From positions 1,645 to 65,644 of the forward strand of contig CAVELL010000033.1 of assembly GCA_963616775.1 (NCBI GenBank): a stretch of DNA of 64,000 bases, written 5' to 3'. Made by a program: the position numbers and the translations under genes. This document shows positions 8,071-21,889 of this stretch, one piece after another. Every line of letters begins with the position of its first letter. The stretch's first letter is position 1. The stretch comes from Eggerthellaceae bacterium (GTDB taxonomy: Bacteria; Bacillota; Clostridia; Oscillospirales; Acutalibacteraceae). A model generated the notes under the pieces. It was given only the letters and a program-made list of their open reading frames with translations, had not been told where the DNA came from and did no database searches.

Positions 8071-9279
8071 TTATTTGCCGAGGGAAACAGGAATCCGAGC
8101 ATAGATTTCCCTGAGTACGGTAAGGATACCGTGAGCAAGGAAACGGGCGAAGGTTCTGAGCTTGTAGTTTGCAACAGTCTCGGAATGCTCTTGGTTCGGA
8201 ATATTGGAGCCGTCCTTTACAGCAAGGTCGCTCGTGTAAAGAATCTCTGTGCTGTATGTTGAAAGGTCGCTTTCATCAAGAGTGATGACCATAGAGCCCT
8301 GATCCGTAATACTGCTGTATGACTTGAACGTTGTTCCGGGTACGCTGACTGCGTCAACACCGTCAACATTGACGCTGAAGTTGTTGACATGGTCATGACC
8401 GAAGAAGCAAGCCTTTACGTCTCCGCACTCAACGAATGCATCCCACTGACCTTCGTTATCGGGTGACGGGCACGGAGCCTCGGAGAGGATTCCGTCGAAT
8501 GCAAAATAGTTCGGGAGATATGTTGCGGATGTGCCGTCCGTGAAGTTCTTTGTAATGCTGCCGAGCTGGAACGGAAGCGAGAACATAACCTTCTGGGTCG
8601 GTTCCTGCGGAATAATGTGTTCAAACGCAAGTGACGGAACAACCTCGCCGCCGTTTGCGACACGAAGCTCTTCACTTACGGACTTGTACCACTCGATCTG
8701 ATCCTTGCGCACGCAGTCGTAGCCTCTTTGTGAGCCGTCCTCATTGTAAACATAGTCGCCGCTGTCAAACAGCCAGAGGTTATAGACCACCTTACTGCCG
8801 TCACTTGAAAGAATCGGCAGGTTGTGTGTTGCACAGCCGTGGAGAGCAGGATCCGCGTCATAAGCAAGACAGCCCTCGTATGACTGATACTTCTTGAGCA
8901 TCTCTTCCTTTGTTACGGTCGGTGCCGATTCGTCGTCATGGTTGCCGAAAACGAAAGTAAAGGGAACACCCTTTGACTCAAGAATCGGGAACACCTCGTC
9001 GTAGCCTTTCCAGTAGCTCTCTTCCGTTCCGTCCTCAGGGCTCATAATGTTGTCGCCGAGGAAAACAACAAGGTTCGGATCTGAAGCGTCGATAGCCTCT
9101 GCTATGTAAGCCTTGAGAGCCTCGCCGACAGGGAAGCCCGACTGAATATCGGCAAGAACAAGAATCTTGAACTTTCCGTCCGAGCCAAACCGAAGCTCAT
9201 CGTTATTCTTCGCCGAAGCAAAAACTACGCACGAAAGGAGCATAACGACAGCCAAAATGATTGATAAAACTTTTTTCAT
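8071..9279 (-). CDS. secreted calcineurin-like metallophosphoesterase (paralog of 797..1981)
   Basis: GGAGG RBS and a signal peptide MKKVLSIILAVVMLLSCVVFASA. Motifs GDN, GNHDD and GHDHVN. The N-terminal region is colinear with the first copy (SDGKFKI). Confidence 0.85.
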   Translation of the reverse strand: MKKVLSIILAVVMLLSCVVFASAKNNDELRFGSDGKFKILVLADIQSGFPVGEALKAYIAEAIDASDPNLVVFLGDNIMSPEDGTEESYWKGYDEVFPILESKGVPFTFVFGNHDDESAPTVTKEEMLKKYQSYEGCLAYDADPALHGCATHNLPILSSDGSKVVYNLWLFDSGDYVYNEDGSQRGYDCVRKDQIEWYKSVSEELRVANGGEVVPSLAFEHIIPQEPTQKVMFSLPFQLGSITKNFTDGTSATYLPNYFAFDGILSEAPCPSPDNEGQWDAFVECGDVKACFFGHDHVNNFSVNVDGVDAVSVPGTTFKSYSSITDQGSMVITLDESDLSTYSTEILYTSDLAVKDGSNIPNQEHSETVANYKLRTFARFLAHGILTVLREIYARIPVSLGK

Positions 9280-9348
9280 CGGATTATACCTCCATAAAAT
9301 TTTTGCGATTACATATTAGCACAAACTAACCGTAAAGTCAACCGACGG

Positions 9349-10041
9349 TCAGTCGATTTTGTTCAAATAATCACTATTTTCGCTCACGTTGTGTTCACTA
9401 TTTTTATCTATAATCCACACATCGCCGCCGTCGTTGCCCCTGACGGTGCTGTACTTGCCGTCAACATAAATCAGCGCAGCTCCGTCCTCGATAGCAACGC
9501 CCTTTTCCGGACGCGACTTTATTGCCGTTTTAAAGCTCTGCCAGCTTTCGGACTCATAATGAGGGCAGGCACAATACGGCAGGATTCCGAGGCAATCGCA
9601 GAAAATAAAGCTGTGATCGGGTCCGCAGTCGTCATATCCCGTGTCGAACCAGCAGACCGCTCCTGCGCTGTAACCGGACATAACCTTTCCGCTGTTATAC
9701 GCTTGTATGAGGGCCTTATCCGCACCCGTCTTTTTCCAGGTGTCCATCATAAATTCAACATTGCCGCCGCCGACATAGATTATGTCTGCGTCAAGTATCA
9801 CCGAACGAATGTCGTCAACCGTCCTCTTCCCGTCGGTGAGGTAAAGTATGTCATATTGGCAGCCGAGCCCTTCAAAGCCGTGCTGAATGTGCTCGTCACC
9901 GTCTATGTCGTCGTATCCCGCCGTCGGCACAAAAAGTACCCTGGGATTCTTTTTGCCCGCAAGCGAAACAATGTATTCAAAAATATTTATAATCTCGCCG
10001 TCGTCATACCGTCCGCCGCCGATTGCAACAATTTTTCCCAT
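9349..10041 (-). CDS. peptidase E-like protein, S51 family (type 1 glutamine amidotransferase-like fold)
   Basis: ATG at 10041 with an AAGGGGGAAAG RBS. The sequence has MGKIVAIGGG..., FVPTAG and a nucleophile-elbow-like SGYSAG. Confidence 0.75.
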   Translation of the reverse strand: MGKIVAIGGGRYDDGEIINIFEYIVSLAGKKNPRVLFVPTAGYDDIDGDEHIQHGFEGLGCQYDILYLTDGKRTVDDIRSVILDADIIYVGGGNVEFMMDTWKKTGADKALIQAYNSGKVMSGYSAGAVCWFDTGYDDCGPDHSFIFCDCLGILPYCACPHYESESWQSFKTAIKSRPEKGVAIEDGAALIYVDGKYSTVRGNDGGDVWIIDKNSEHNVSENSDYLNKID

Positions 10042-10054
10042 AGTCTTTCCCCCT

Positions 10055-15680
<5,626 letters not shown>

Positions 15681-15694
<14 letters not shown>

Positions 15695-16016
15695 ATGTAC
15701 TTTACGCGGTTCTCTGCTTGAAATTGAGACCGCAATCGACAACGCTGTTTCCAAAAGCATTTCCGCCTCCGTCGAGGACGAGTCGTATTTCGAGATGGGC
15801 GGCTGTTCCTGCACCGTGAAGGTGTACGAGCGTTACAGCTACATCGGCGGCAACAGAGTCAGCCTGAACGTCACTTTGTTTGCCTGCGGCGAGGATGTCC
15901 GTCTGACGGCAATCACCTCGGGCGGAAGTCAGGCGGTCTTCTTCAAAATCAATACCCTTGGAGAGGAAACATTTCTTGATACCATACGCGACACGGTCGC
16001 GAAATTTAAAAAATAA
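15681..16016 (+). CDS. hypothetical 111-aa protein
   Basis: Overlaps the preceding gene by 14 nt on the same strand. No recognisable motif. Placement within the operon supports coding. Confidence 0.5.
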
Positions 16017-16028
16017 AGGAGACTGGTT

Positions 16029-16862
16029 ATGAAAAAATTTATCGCGGTTCTTTCCGCACTTTCGCTTGCGGCGGCTCTGACCGTCAGTGCTTCGGCAGTA
16101 AGCCCCGGCGATGTGAACGGTGACGGAAAAATCAATTCCTCCGACGCACTCGGCGTTTTGCAGTACAGTGTCGGAATGAGCGTCAAAAAATTCGATAAAT
16201 CGGCGGCCGACGTCAACCGCGACGGCAAAATAAATTCACTGGACGCGCTGAAAATCCTTCGCCACACCGTGGGAATCGAATTTATTGACAACTTTATTCC
16301 GTCAGGTCAGGCGGAAATCCTTGATTTCTACAACGACGCGCTCACAAAATCCTACAAGCAAACGGTAAGAATAAAGACCGTTACCGACGATGTCTGCAAA
16401 TATTCCGTCGGCAGCAAGCAGGGCGAAATCAAGTCTAATCCCTATACGGACATAACGGACTTTGAGGATGGTATGGATCAATACGGAAACCTTGCCGAGC
16501 TATACGGACCTGCAGCAAAGCTCAGTGTCGATATGCTTCAGAACACTTCGTTTATACGAAATGAAAACAACTGGAAAATCACTCTCACGCTCAAGAGTGA
16601 AACGGTCAGTGTAAAAAACACTCCCGTCTATAACCAGGCGGGCGCACTAACATTTGATTTTTCTGCCGACGGAAGCGCTCTCAGAGACTATGATTCGGGC
16701 ACGGTTACGTATATCGGAACCGTTATCACTGCAATTATAGACAATTCAGGACGTGTCACAAGCCTTAAAATCACCGAGCCGTACAGTAACGAGCTTTATC
16801 TCGGAGACGAGAAAACGGTTGAAAACGGAACATACTCGTTCTCAGCCGACTTCTCATTCTGA
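16029..16862 (+). CDS. dockerin-containing secreted protein with an uncharacterised C-terminal module
   Basis: RBS AAAGGAG and a signal peptide. Two dockerin Ca-binding repeats are present (DVNGDGKINSSDALGVLQY and DVNRDGKINSLDALKILRH). They are followed by about 190 aa with no motif I recognise. Confidence 0.75.
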   Translation: MKKFIAVLSALSLAAALTVSASAVSPGDVNGDGKINSSDALGVLQYSVGMSVKKFDKSAADVNRDGKINSLDALKILRHTVGIEFIDNFIPSGQAEILDFYNDALTKSYKQTVRIKTVTDDVCKYSVGSKQGEIKSNPYTDITDFEDGMDQYGNLAELYGPAAKLSVDMLQNTSFIRNENNWKITLTLKSETVSVKNTPVYNQAGALTFDFSADGSALRDYDSGTVTYIGTVITAIIDNSGRVTSLKITEPYSNELYLGDEKTVENGTYSFSADFSF

Positions 16863-17115
16863 TACAGCAAATGGCCGGAACAGACAGATTTTGTCTGCGG
16901 CTATTATTGTGTCGATATAAACCCTTATGTGATCGGATTATTCAGGTTTAAGCTTTCCCGTATAAAATTCAAAGCCGCAAGCTACGGAAATACTCCGTAA
17001 CTTACGGCTTTTGTTTGCGCCGAAACAAGCTGTCTCAAAACCGAAATTCAGATTATAAACGTCAAATCTCCATCTTTGATATATTATCTAAAATCTAACA
17101 TCTAACATCTAAAAT

Positions 17116-17283
17116 CTATTTATGGCAGGAACCTTTCATTGCACAGTTTGCACAGTTGCAACCGCAGGAGGATTTGCCTTTTTTCTTATCTCTCACCAAG
17201 CCCACAATAATCAAGGTGACAATAAGCGCAAGCACAAGGCATATAATAATGGTTGCGAGGTTTTGTGAAATCCATGAAATCAT
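17116..17283 (-). CDS. FeoB-associated Cys-rich membrane protein
   Basis: 55 aa with one TM helix and a CGCNCANC...C tail, immediately downstream of feoB. ATG at 17283 with an AAAGGA RBS. Confidence 0.75.
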   Translation of the reverse strand: MISWISQNLATIIICLVLALIVTLIIVGLVRDKKKGKSSCGCNCANCAMKGSCHK

Positions 17284-17320
17284 AATATCAGTTCCTTTCA
17301 CATTAAATTGGGAAAATATC

Positions 17321-17363
17321 GCACAATTGCGGCAAACACCTCAATTGTGCGGTATTGCCTTTA
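17321..17363 (+). repeat. copy B of the GCGGTATTGCCTT repeat family, also the feoB terminator hairpin
   Basis: GCACAATTG-cggcaaacacctc-AATTGTGC GGTATTGCCTTTA. On the minus strand the hairpin is followed by ATATTTT and abuts the feoB stop codon. Confidence 0.6.
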
Positions 17364-19862
17364 TTTTTTGATCTTTACATTATGAGTAAGCTTTGTAGCC
17401 TCGGTGTACTTCTTGAAGAAGAGCATATAGACAATGCCGATAAAGATGGCTGCCGCAACGATGATACCGAGAATGTTTGCCTTGCCGACAAAGATGTTGC
17501 CGAACTGAGTTACCATAAGAGCAATACAGTATGCAAAGCCGCACTGGTAAGCGATTGCGAACCATGTCCACTTAGCGTTGTTCATTTCACGCTTGATAGC
17601 ACCGATTGCCGCGAAGCAGGGAGCGCAAAGAAGATTGAATACGAGGAATGAATATCCGGTGATACCTGTGAAAGCTGCTGCGATATTGCTGTAAACAGTT
17701 CCGTCTGCGCCGCCGTAGAGGATACCGAGTGTACCGACGATGTTCTCCTTTGCGACAAGACCTGTAATTGATGCAACAGCCGCCTGCCAGTTGCCCCAGC
17801 CGAGAGGCTTGAAGATCACTGCGATTACACTGCCGATCTTTGCAAGGATTGACGAATCAATTTCTTCCTCTGACAACATTCTGAATGTACCGTCAACAAC
17901 TCCGAAGTATGTTGTGAACCAAACAAAGATGGTTGAAAGAAGGATAACCGTACCTGCCTTTTTGATGAACGACCAGCCACGCTCCCAAGTTGAGCGGAGA
18001 ACATTTGAAGCTGTCGGCCAGTGGTAAGCGGGAAGCTCCATAACGAACGGAGCGGGGTCGCCGGAGAAGATTTTTGTCTTTTTAAGCATGATGCCCGAGC
18101 AGATGATTGCAAGCATACCGATGAAGTAAGCCGATGTCGAAACAAGAGCCGAGCCTCCGAAGAGTGCACCTGCGATCATTCCGATGAACGGAACCTTAGC
18201 CGAGCAGGGGATGAATGTTGTTGTCATAATTGTCATACGGCGGTCACGCTCGTTTTCAATGGTTCTTGAAGCCATGATACCCGGAACTCCGCAGCCTACG
18301 CCGATAAGCATCGGAATGAAGGATTTACCGGAAAGACCGAACTTTCTGAAGATACGGTCAAGAACGAAGGCGATACGGGACATATAACCGCAGCCCTCAA
18401 GGAATGCAAGGAGAAGGAACAAAACAAGCATCTGAGGAACAAATCCGAGAACCGCGCCGACACCGGCTACGATACCGTCAAGGATAAGTCCGTTGAGCCA
18501 GTCTGCAACATTGCCCTTTTCGAGAGCGTTGCCGATAAGGGTCGGAAGGCTGGGAACGAATACGCCGTAATCGGCCATATCAGGCTCATCAAAGCCGTTT
18601 TCGCCGAAATACTTAACGGCCTCAAGGTACGTCATACCAATCGTTGATTCCTCATCGGCATCTGACGGAATCTCGCTGTAGTAAGCTGTCATATCGTTGA
18701 TGGCGAGTGTTTCCTCGTCCTCAACGCCGATAACGGCAGAAGTCTTGTCGGACTTGAAGGACTGAAGCTCCGCAAGAGCTGCGGTTGAATCAAAGTCCTC
18801 GACAGAGGGATCAAAGTCCTCAACGAATGCCTGTGCAGCCTCCGTTGCGTTTGTGTAATTGTCGGCGGCCTCATTGTAAGCCGAGGTTCCTATACCGAAG
18901 AGATGCCAACCGTCGCCGAACACACCGTCGTTCATCCAGTCTGTTGCGGGTGCACCTACGCCGACCATTGCGATCCAGTAAACAAGGAACATAATAACGG
19001 CGAATATCGGAAGACCGAGCCAACGGTTCGTAACAACGCGGTCGATTTTATCCGAAGTCGAAAGCTTGCCCGCACTCTTTTTCTTGTAGCAAGCCTTGAT
19101 AACCGAGGATATGTAAATATACCTCTCGTTTGTGATGATGGACTCTGCGTCGTCGTCCATTTCTTTCTCGGCTGCCTTGATGTCGTTTTCAATGTGATCC
19201 ATAACAGCCTTGTCTATGCTGAGATTTCCGAGAACCTTGTCGTCACGCTCAAAAATCTTTATGGCGTACCATCTCTGCTGCTCCTCCGGCATATTGTGCA
19301 CAGCCGCTTCCTCAATGTGAGCGATAGCGTGCTCAACGCAACCCGAGAATGTGTGCATCGGAACTGTCTTGCCGCTCTTCGCCGCCTCGATAGCTGCCTC
19401 AGCCGCCTCGTGAATACCTGTTCCTTTAAGAGCGGAAATTTCAACCACCCTGCAGCCGAGCTGACGTGAAAGCTCCTGAATGTTGATCTTGTCACCGTTT
19501 TTCCTGACAACATCAATCATATTGATTGCGACAACAACCGGAATGCCGAGCTCTGTGAGCTGGGTTGTGAGATAAAGGTTTCTCTCAAGGTTTGTGCCGT
19601 CGATGATGTTAAGAATAGCATCGGGGCGTTCGCCGATAAGATAGTTTCTTGCCACAACCTCCTCCAAGGTGTACGGAGAAAGTGAATAAATACCGGGAAG
19701 GTCGGTGATGACAACTCCGTCGTGCTTTTTGAGCTTACCTTCCTTTTTTTCAACCGTAACGCCCGGCCAGTTACCGACATACTGGTTTGAACCGGTCAAT
19801 GCGTTGAACAACGTGGTTTTACCGCAGTTCGGGTTACCCGCAAGGGCAATTCGTAAATTCAT
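17361..19862 (-). CDS. feoB: ferrous iron transporter FeoB
   Basis: N-terminal G domain (GNPNCGKTTLFN, DLPG, NMID) followed by the polytopic permease (GFVPQ..., EGCGYMSRIAFVLDR). ATG at 19862 with a GAGAGGAA RBS. Confidence 0.95.
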   Translation of the reverse strand: MNLRIALAGNPNCGKTTLFNALTGSNQYVGNWPGVTVEKKEGKLKKHDGVVITDLPGIYSLSPYTLEEVVARNYLIGERPDAILNIIDGTNLERNLYLTTQLTELGIPVVVAINMIDVVRKNGDKINIQELSRQLGCRVVEISALKGTGIHEAAEAAIEAAKSGKTVPMHTFSGCVEHAIAHIEEAAVHNMPEEQQRWYAIKIFERDDKVLGNLSIDKAVMDHIENDIKAAEKEMDDDAESIITNERYIYISSVIKACYKKKSAGKLSTSDKIDRVVTNRWLGLPIFAVIMFLVYWIAMVGVGAPATDWMNDGVFGDGWHLFGIGTSAYNEAADNYTNATEAAQAFVEDFDPSVEDFDSTAALAELQSFKSDKTSAVIGVEDEETLAINDMTAYYSEIPSDADEESTIGMTYLEAVKYFGENGFDEPDMADYGVFVPSLPTLIGNALEKGNVADWLNGLILDGIVAGVGAVLGFVPQMLVLFLLLAFLEGCGYMSRIAFVLDRIFRKFGLSGKSFIPMLIGVGCGVPGIMASRTIENERDRRMTIMTTTFIPCSAKVPFIGMIAGALFGGSALVSTSAYFIGMLAIICSGIMLKKTKIFSGDPAPFVMELPAYHWPTASNVLRSTWERGWSFIKKAGTVILLSTIFVWFTTYFGVVDGTFRMLSEEEIDSSILAKIGSVIAVIFKPLGWGNWQAAVASITGLVAKENIVGTLGILYGGADGTVYSNIAAAFTGITGYSFLVFNLLCAPCFAAIGAIKREMNNAKWTWFAIAYQCGFAYCIALMVTQFGNIFVGKANILGIIVAAAIFIGIVYMLFFKKYTEATKLTHNVKIKK

Positions 19863-19954
19863 ACCATAATTCCTCTCTTTCAATTAGCTTTGGCTAATCG
19901 TAAATTTGTAAAAATCGGGGATAATCCCCGTTAAGCATCCGTTTCGATGCGGAC

Positions 19955-20176
19955 TTACTCGACCTCAATCATTTCGGCATCGGCCTTTCTGAGCGAAAGC
20001 TCATAGCCGCGAACCTGTACCTCAACCGGATCGCCGAGCGGTGCAACCTTGCGGATATAAACCTCAACGCCGCGTGTGATGCCCATATCCATGATTCTGC
20101 GCTTAACAGCACCCTCACCATGGAGCTTAACAACCTTGACCGTTGAGCCGACCTTTGCTTCCTTTAAAGTTTTCAT
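19955..20176 (-). CDS. feoA: FeoA family protein
   Basis: 73 aa with an SH3-like FeoA pattern (V..L.G......R....G...G..V......P.GDP). RBS AAGGAGG. Confidence 0.85.
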   Translation of the reverse strand: MKTLKEAKVGSTVKVVKLHGEGAVKRRIMDMGITRGVEVYIRKVAPLGDPVEVQVRGYELSLRKADAEMIEVE

Positions 20177-20239
20177 CTGCCTCATCCTCCTTAAATACAC
20201 AGAATTATTAAATACCGTACTACGGTATTCCGATGCGCG

Positions 20240-20452
20240 TCAGATCATTATTTTTCTCGCCATTTCTTCGCTGATTGCGACCCTGGCTTCCTTGACGTTG
20301 ACGATGACATTACCGCCGAGCGTGTTAATGACCGTTACGTTGCCTCCGACGACAAATCCGAGGTTTTCAAGATGTTTTTTGACCTCCGGACTTCCGCCGA
20401 TTTTCTTGATTGTGTTTGTCTCTCCGACATCTGCAAGTGCCAAAGGCATCAT
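20240..20452 (-). CDS. feoA: FeoA family protein (second copy)
   Basis: 70 aa, LADVGETNTIKKIGG...LGFVVGGNVTV. I place the start at ATG 20452, 7 nt after GAGGGA. The track ORF starts 2 codons earlier at a TTG. Confidence 0.85.
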   Translation of the reverse strand: MMPLALADVGETNTIKKIGGSPEVKKHLENLGFVVGGNVTVINTLGGNVIVNVKEARVAISEEMARKIMI

Positions 20453-20472
20453 AGCCAATCCCTCACTTCCGC

Positions 20473-20492
20473 CGGTTAGTTTTGACTAACCG
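20473..20492. promoter_or_regulatory. perfect 8+8 palindrome, candidate DtxR-family operator in the feo 5' UTR
   Basis: CGGTTAGT-tttg-ACTAACCG. Confidence 0.5.
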
Positions 20493-20507
20493 TTGGCATT
20501 AAATAAG

Positions 20508-20523
20508 GTTAGCTCTCGCTAAC
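20508..20523. promoter_or_regulatory. perfect 6+6 palindrome, candidate operator overlapping the feo transcription start
   Basis: GTTAGC-tctc-GCTAAC, starting about 8 nt downstream of the predicted -10. Confidence 0.5.
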
Positions 20524-20530
20524 TAAGACA

Positions 20531-20559
20531 ATATTAGTCCGAAACATCACAAAAGTCAA
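20531..20559 (-). promoter_or_regulatory. candidate feoAAB promoter
   Basis: On the minus strand: TTGACT (20559-20554), 17-nt spacer, TAATAT (20536-20531). Confidence 0.5.
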
Positions 20560-20613
20560 CATTTTTTTCAAAAAATATCACTTCAGGAAACATATTTGGC
20601 AGTATAAACAAAT

Positions 20614-20630
20614 AGTTAGTTGCAGCTAAT
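20614..20630. promoter_or_regulatory. degenerate third copy of the TTAG-N6-CTAA palindrome
   Basis: AGTTAGT-tgca-GCTAAT, about 45 nt upstream of the regulator's -35. Confidence 0.3.
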
Positions 20631-20673
20631 CAAAATACTATACATTTTTCATTCTTCTGCGAGCTGTCTATTC

Positions 20674-20702
20674 TTGAATTTTATTCGCCGTTGTGGTATA
20701 AT
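20674..20702 (+). promoter_or_regulatory. candidate promoter of the DtxR-family regulator
   Basis: TTGAAT (20674-20679), 17-nt spacer, TATAAT (20697-20702) with a TGG extended -10. Confidence 0.5.
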
Positions 20703-20730
20703 ATCCTTGTTTTATAAGGAGGCATCAGCT

Positions 20731-21102
20731 ATGCATTTGCAGGAATCCGGAGAAATGTATCTCGAAACTATATATGTTCTTTCACAAAAAAGCAGTGCCG
20801 TTCGCTCCCTTGACGTTGCCGAGTATATGGGATTTTCCAAGCCCAGCGTTTGTCGGGCTGTCGGTCTGCTCAAGAGCGGCGATTACATCATTGTTGACAG
20901 GGACGGTTATATCACCCTTACGTCGGCAGGTCTCGATGTTGCGAAAAAAATCTATGAGCGTCACACCGTTCTGACGGAATTTCTTGTACGTCTCGGAGTT
21001 AATTCCGAAACCGCTGCGGAGGACGCCTGCAAAATCGAGCACGATATCAGCGACGAATCGTTTAACGCCATTAAAGCTCACTTTCCGCAAAAAGAATCAT
21101 AA
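20731..21102 (+). CDS. DtxR/MntR-family metal-dependent transcriptional regulator (short form without SH3-like domain)
   Basis: ATG at 20731 with an AAGGAGG RBS. MYLETIYVL...VRSLDVAEYMGFSKPSV...L...G is a winged HTH, followed by the dimerisation/metal-binding helix HTVLTEFL. Confidence 0.85.
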   Translation: MHLQESGEMYLETIYVLSQKSSAVRSLDVAEYMGFSKPSVCRAVGLLKSGDYIIVDRDGYITLTSAGLDVAKKIYERHTVLTEFLVRLGVNSETAAEDACKIEHDISDESFNAIKAHFPQKES

Positions 21103-21110
21103 AAAGCTCA

Positions 21111-21150
21111 AAAGCCTTGCACAGTTTGGTTACCGTGCAAGGCTTTTATT
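21111..21150. terminator. bidirectional intrinsic terminator
   Basis: AAAGCCTTGCAC...GTGCAAGGCTTT followed by TATTAT. It lies between convergent genes. Confidence 0.65.
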
Positions 21151-21745
21151 ATATTCTTCTGTCCTTATAGTAAAACTCCCTGTCTCTTTCTCCGATTTCG
21201 CGCAAAACTCTGCAAGGATTTCCGACGACAACGACATTCGCCGGAATATCCTTTGTCACGATCGAACCGGCGCCTATAACCGAATTGTCCCCTATCGTTA
21301 TTCCCGGCAAAATCACCGCGCCGGCACCTATCCAAACATTTCTGCCGATGTGAACGTCAACATTAAACTGGAGCACCTTTTCACGCAGTTCGGGCAGGAT
21401 CGGATGTCCTGCGGTTGCAATCGTCACGTTCGGCCCTATCATGGTCTTGTCGCCGATATAAATATGCCCGTCATCAACAAGTGTGAGATTAAAGTTTGCA
21501 TAAATATCCCTTCCGAGGTGAACGTGAGCTCCGCCCCAGTTTGCGTAGTACGGCGGCTGGATGAATGTTCCCTCGCCGACCTCGGCAAATGAAAGCTTCA
21601 GCAGCTCTGTCATTCTCTGCTCATCGCCGAGACCGAGCGTATTGTACTCTTTCATATATCCGACACAGCCCGACTGGATCTTTAGTATCTCCTCAACGCT
21701 GCTGTCATAAAGCAGCCCTTTTTCCATCTTTTCGGTTTCTGTCAT
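21149..21745 (-). CDS. sugar O-acetyltransferase (maltose/galactoside acetyltransferase family, left-handed beta-helix)
   Basis: N-terminal MEKGLLYD-type Mac domain plus hexapeptide repeats (IGDNSVIGAGSIV, VVVGNPCRV). ATG at 21745 with an AGGAG RBS. Confidence 0.85.
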   Translation of the reverse strand: MTETEKMEKGLLYDSSVEEILKIQSGCVGYMKEYNTLGLGDEQRMTELLKLSFAEVGEGTFIQPPYYANWGGAHVHLGRDIYANFNLTLVDDGHIYIGDKTMIGPNVTIATAGHPILPELREKVLQFNVDVHIGRNVWIGAGAVILPGITIGDNSVIGAGSIVTKDIPANVVVVGNPCRVLREIGERDREFYYKDRRI

Positions 21746-21889
21746 ATTTTTTCTCCTTTTCACTTAGCCGACCGCCGATTTATACGGATTGTGATTATCA
21801 GTATATCATAAGGCTTTTCAAAAAATCAAGTTGACAATGCAAATAAAAGGAACTAAAATTAAATCAGAAACTTCAAGGAGGTTTTCTTT

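Noticed and set aside
17086-17118. Possible CRISPR-like or larger tandem array
   Set aside because: The units are only 7 nt, have no spacers and total 33 nt. It is a simple microsatellite. No CRISPR repeats or cas genes occur anywhere in the window.
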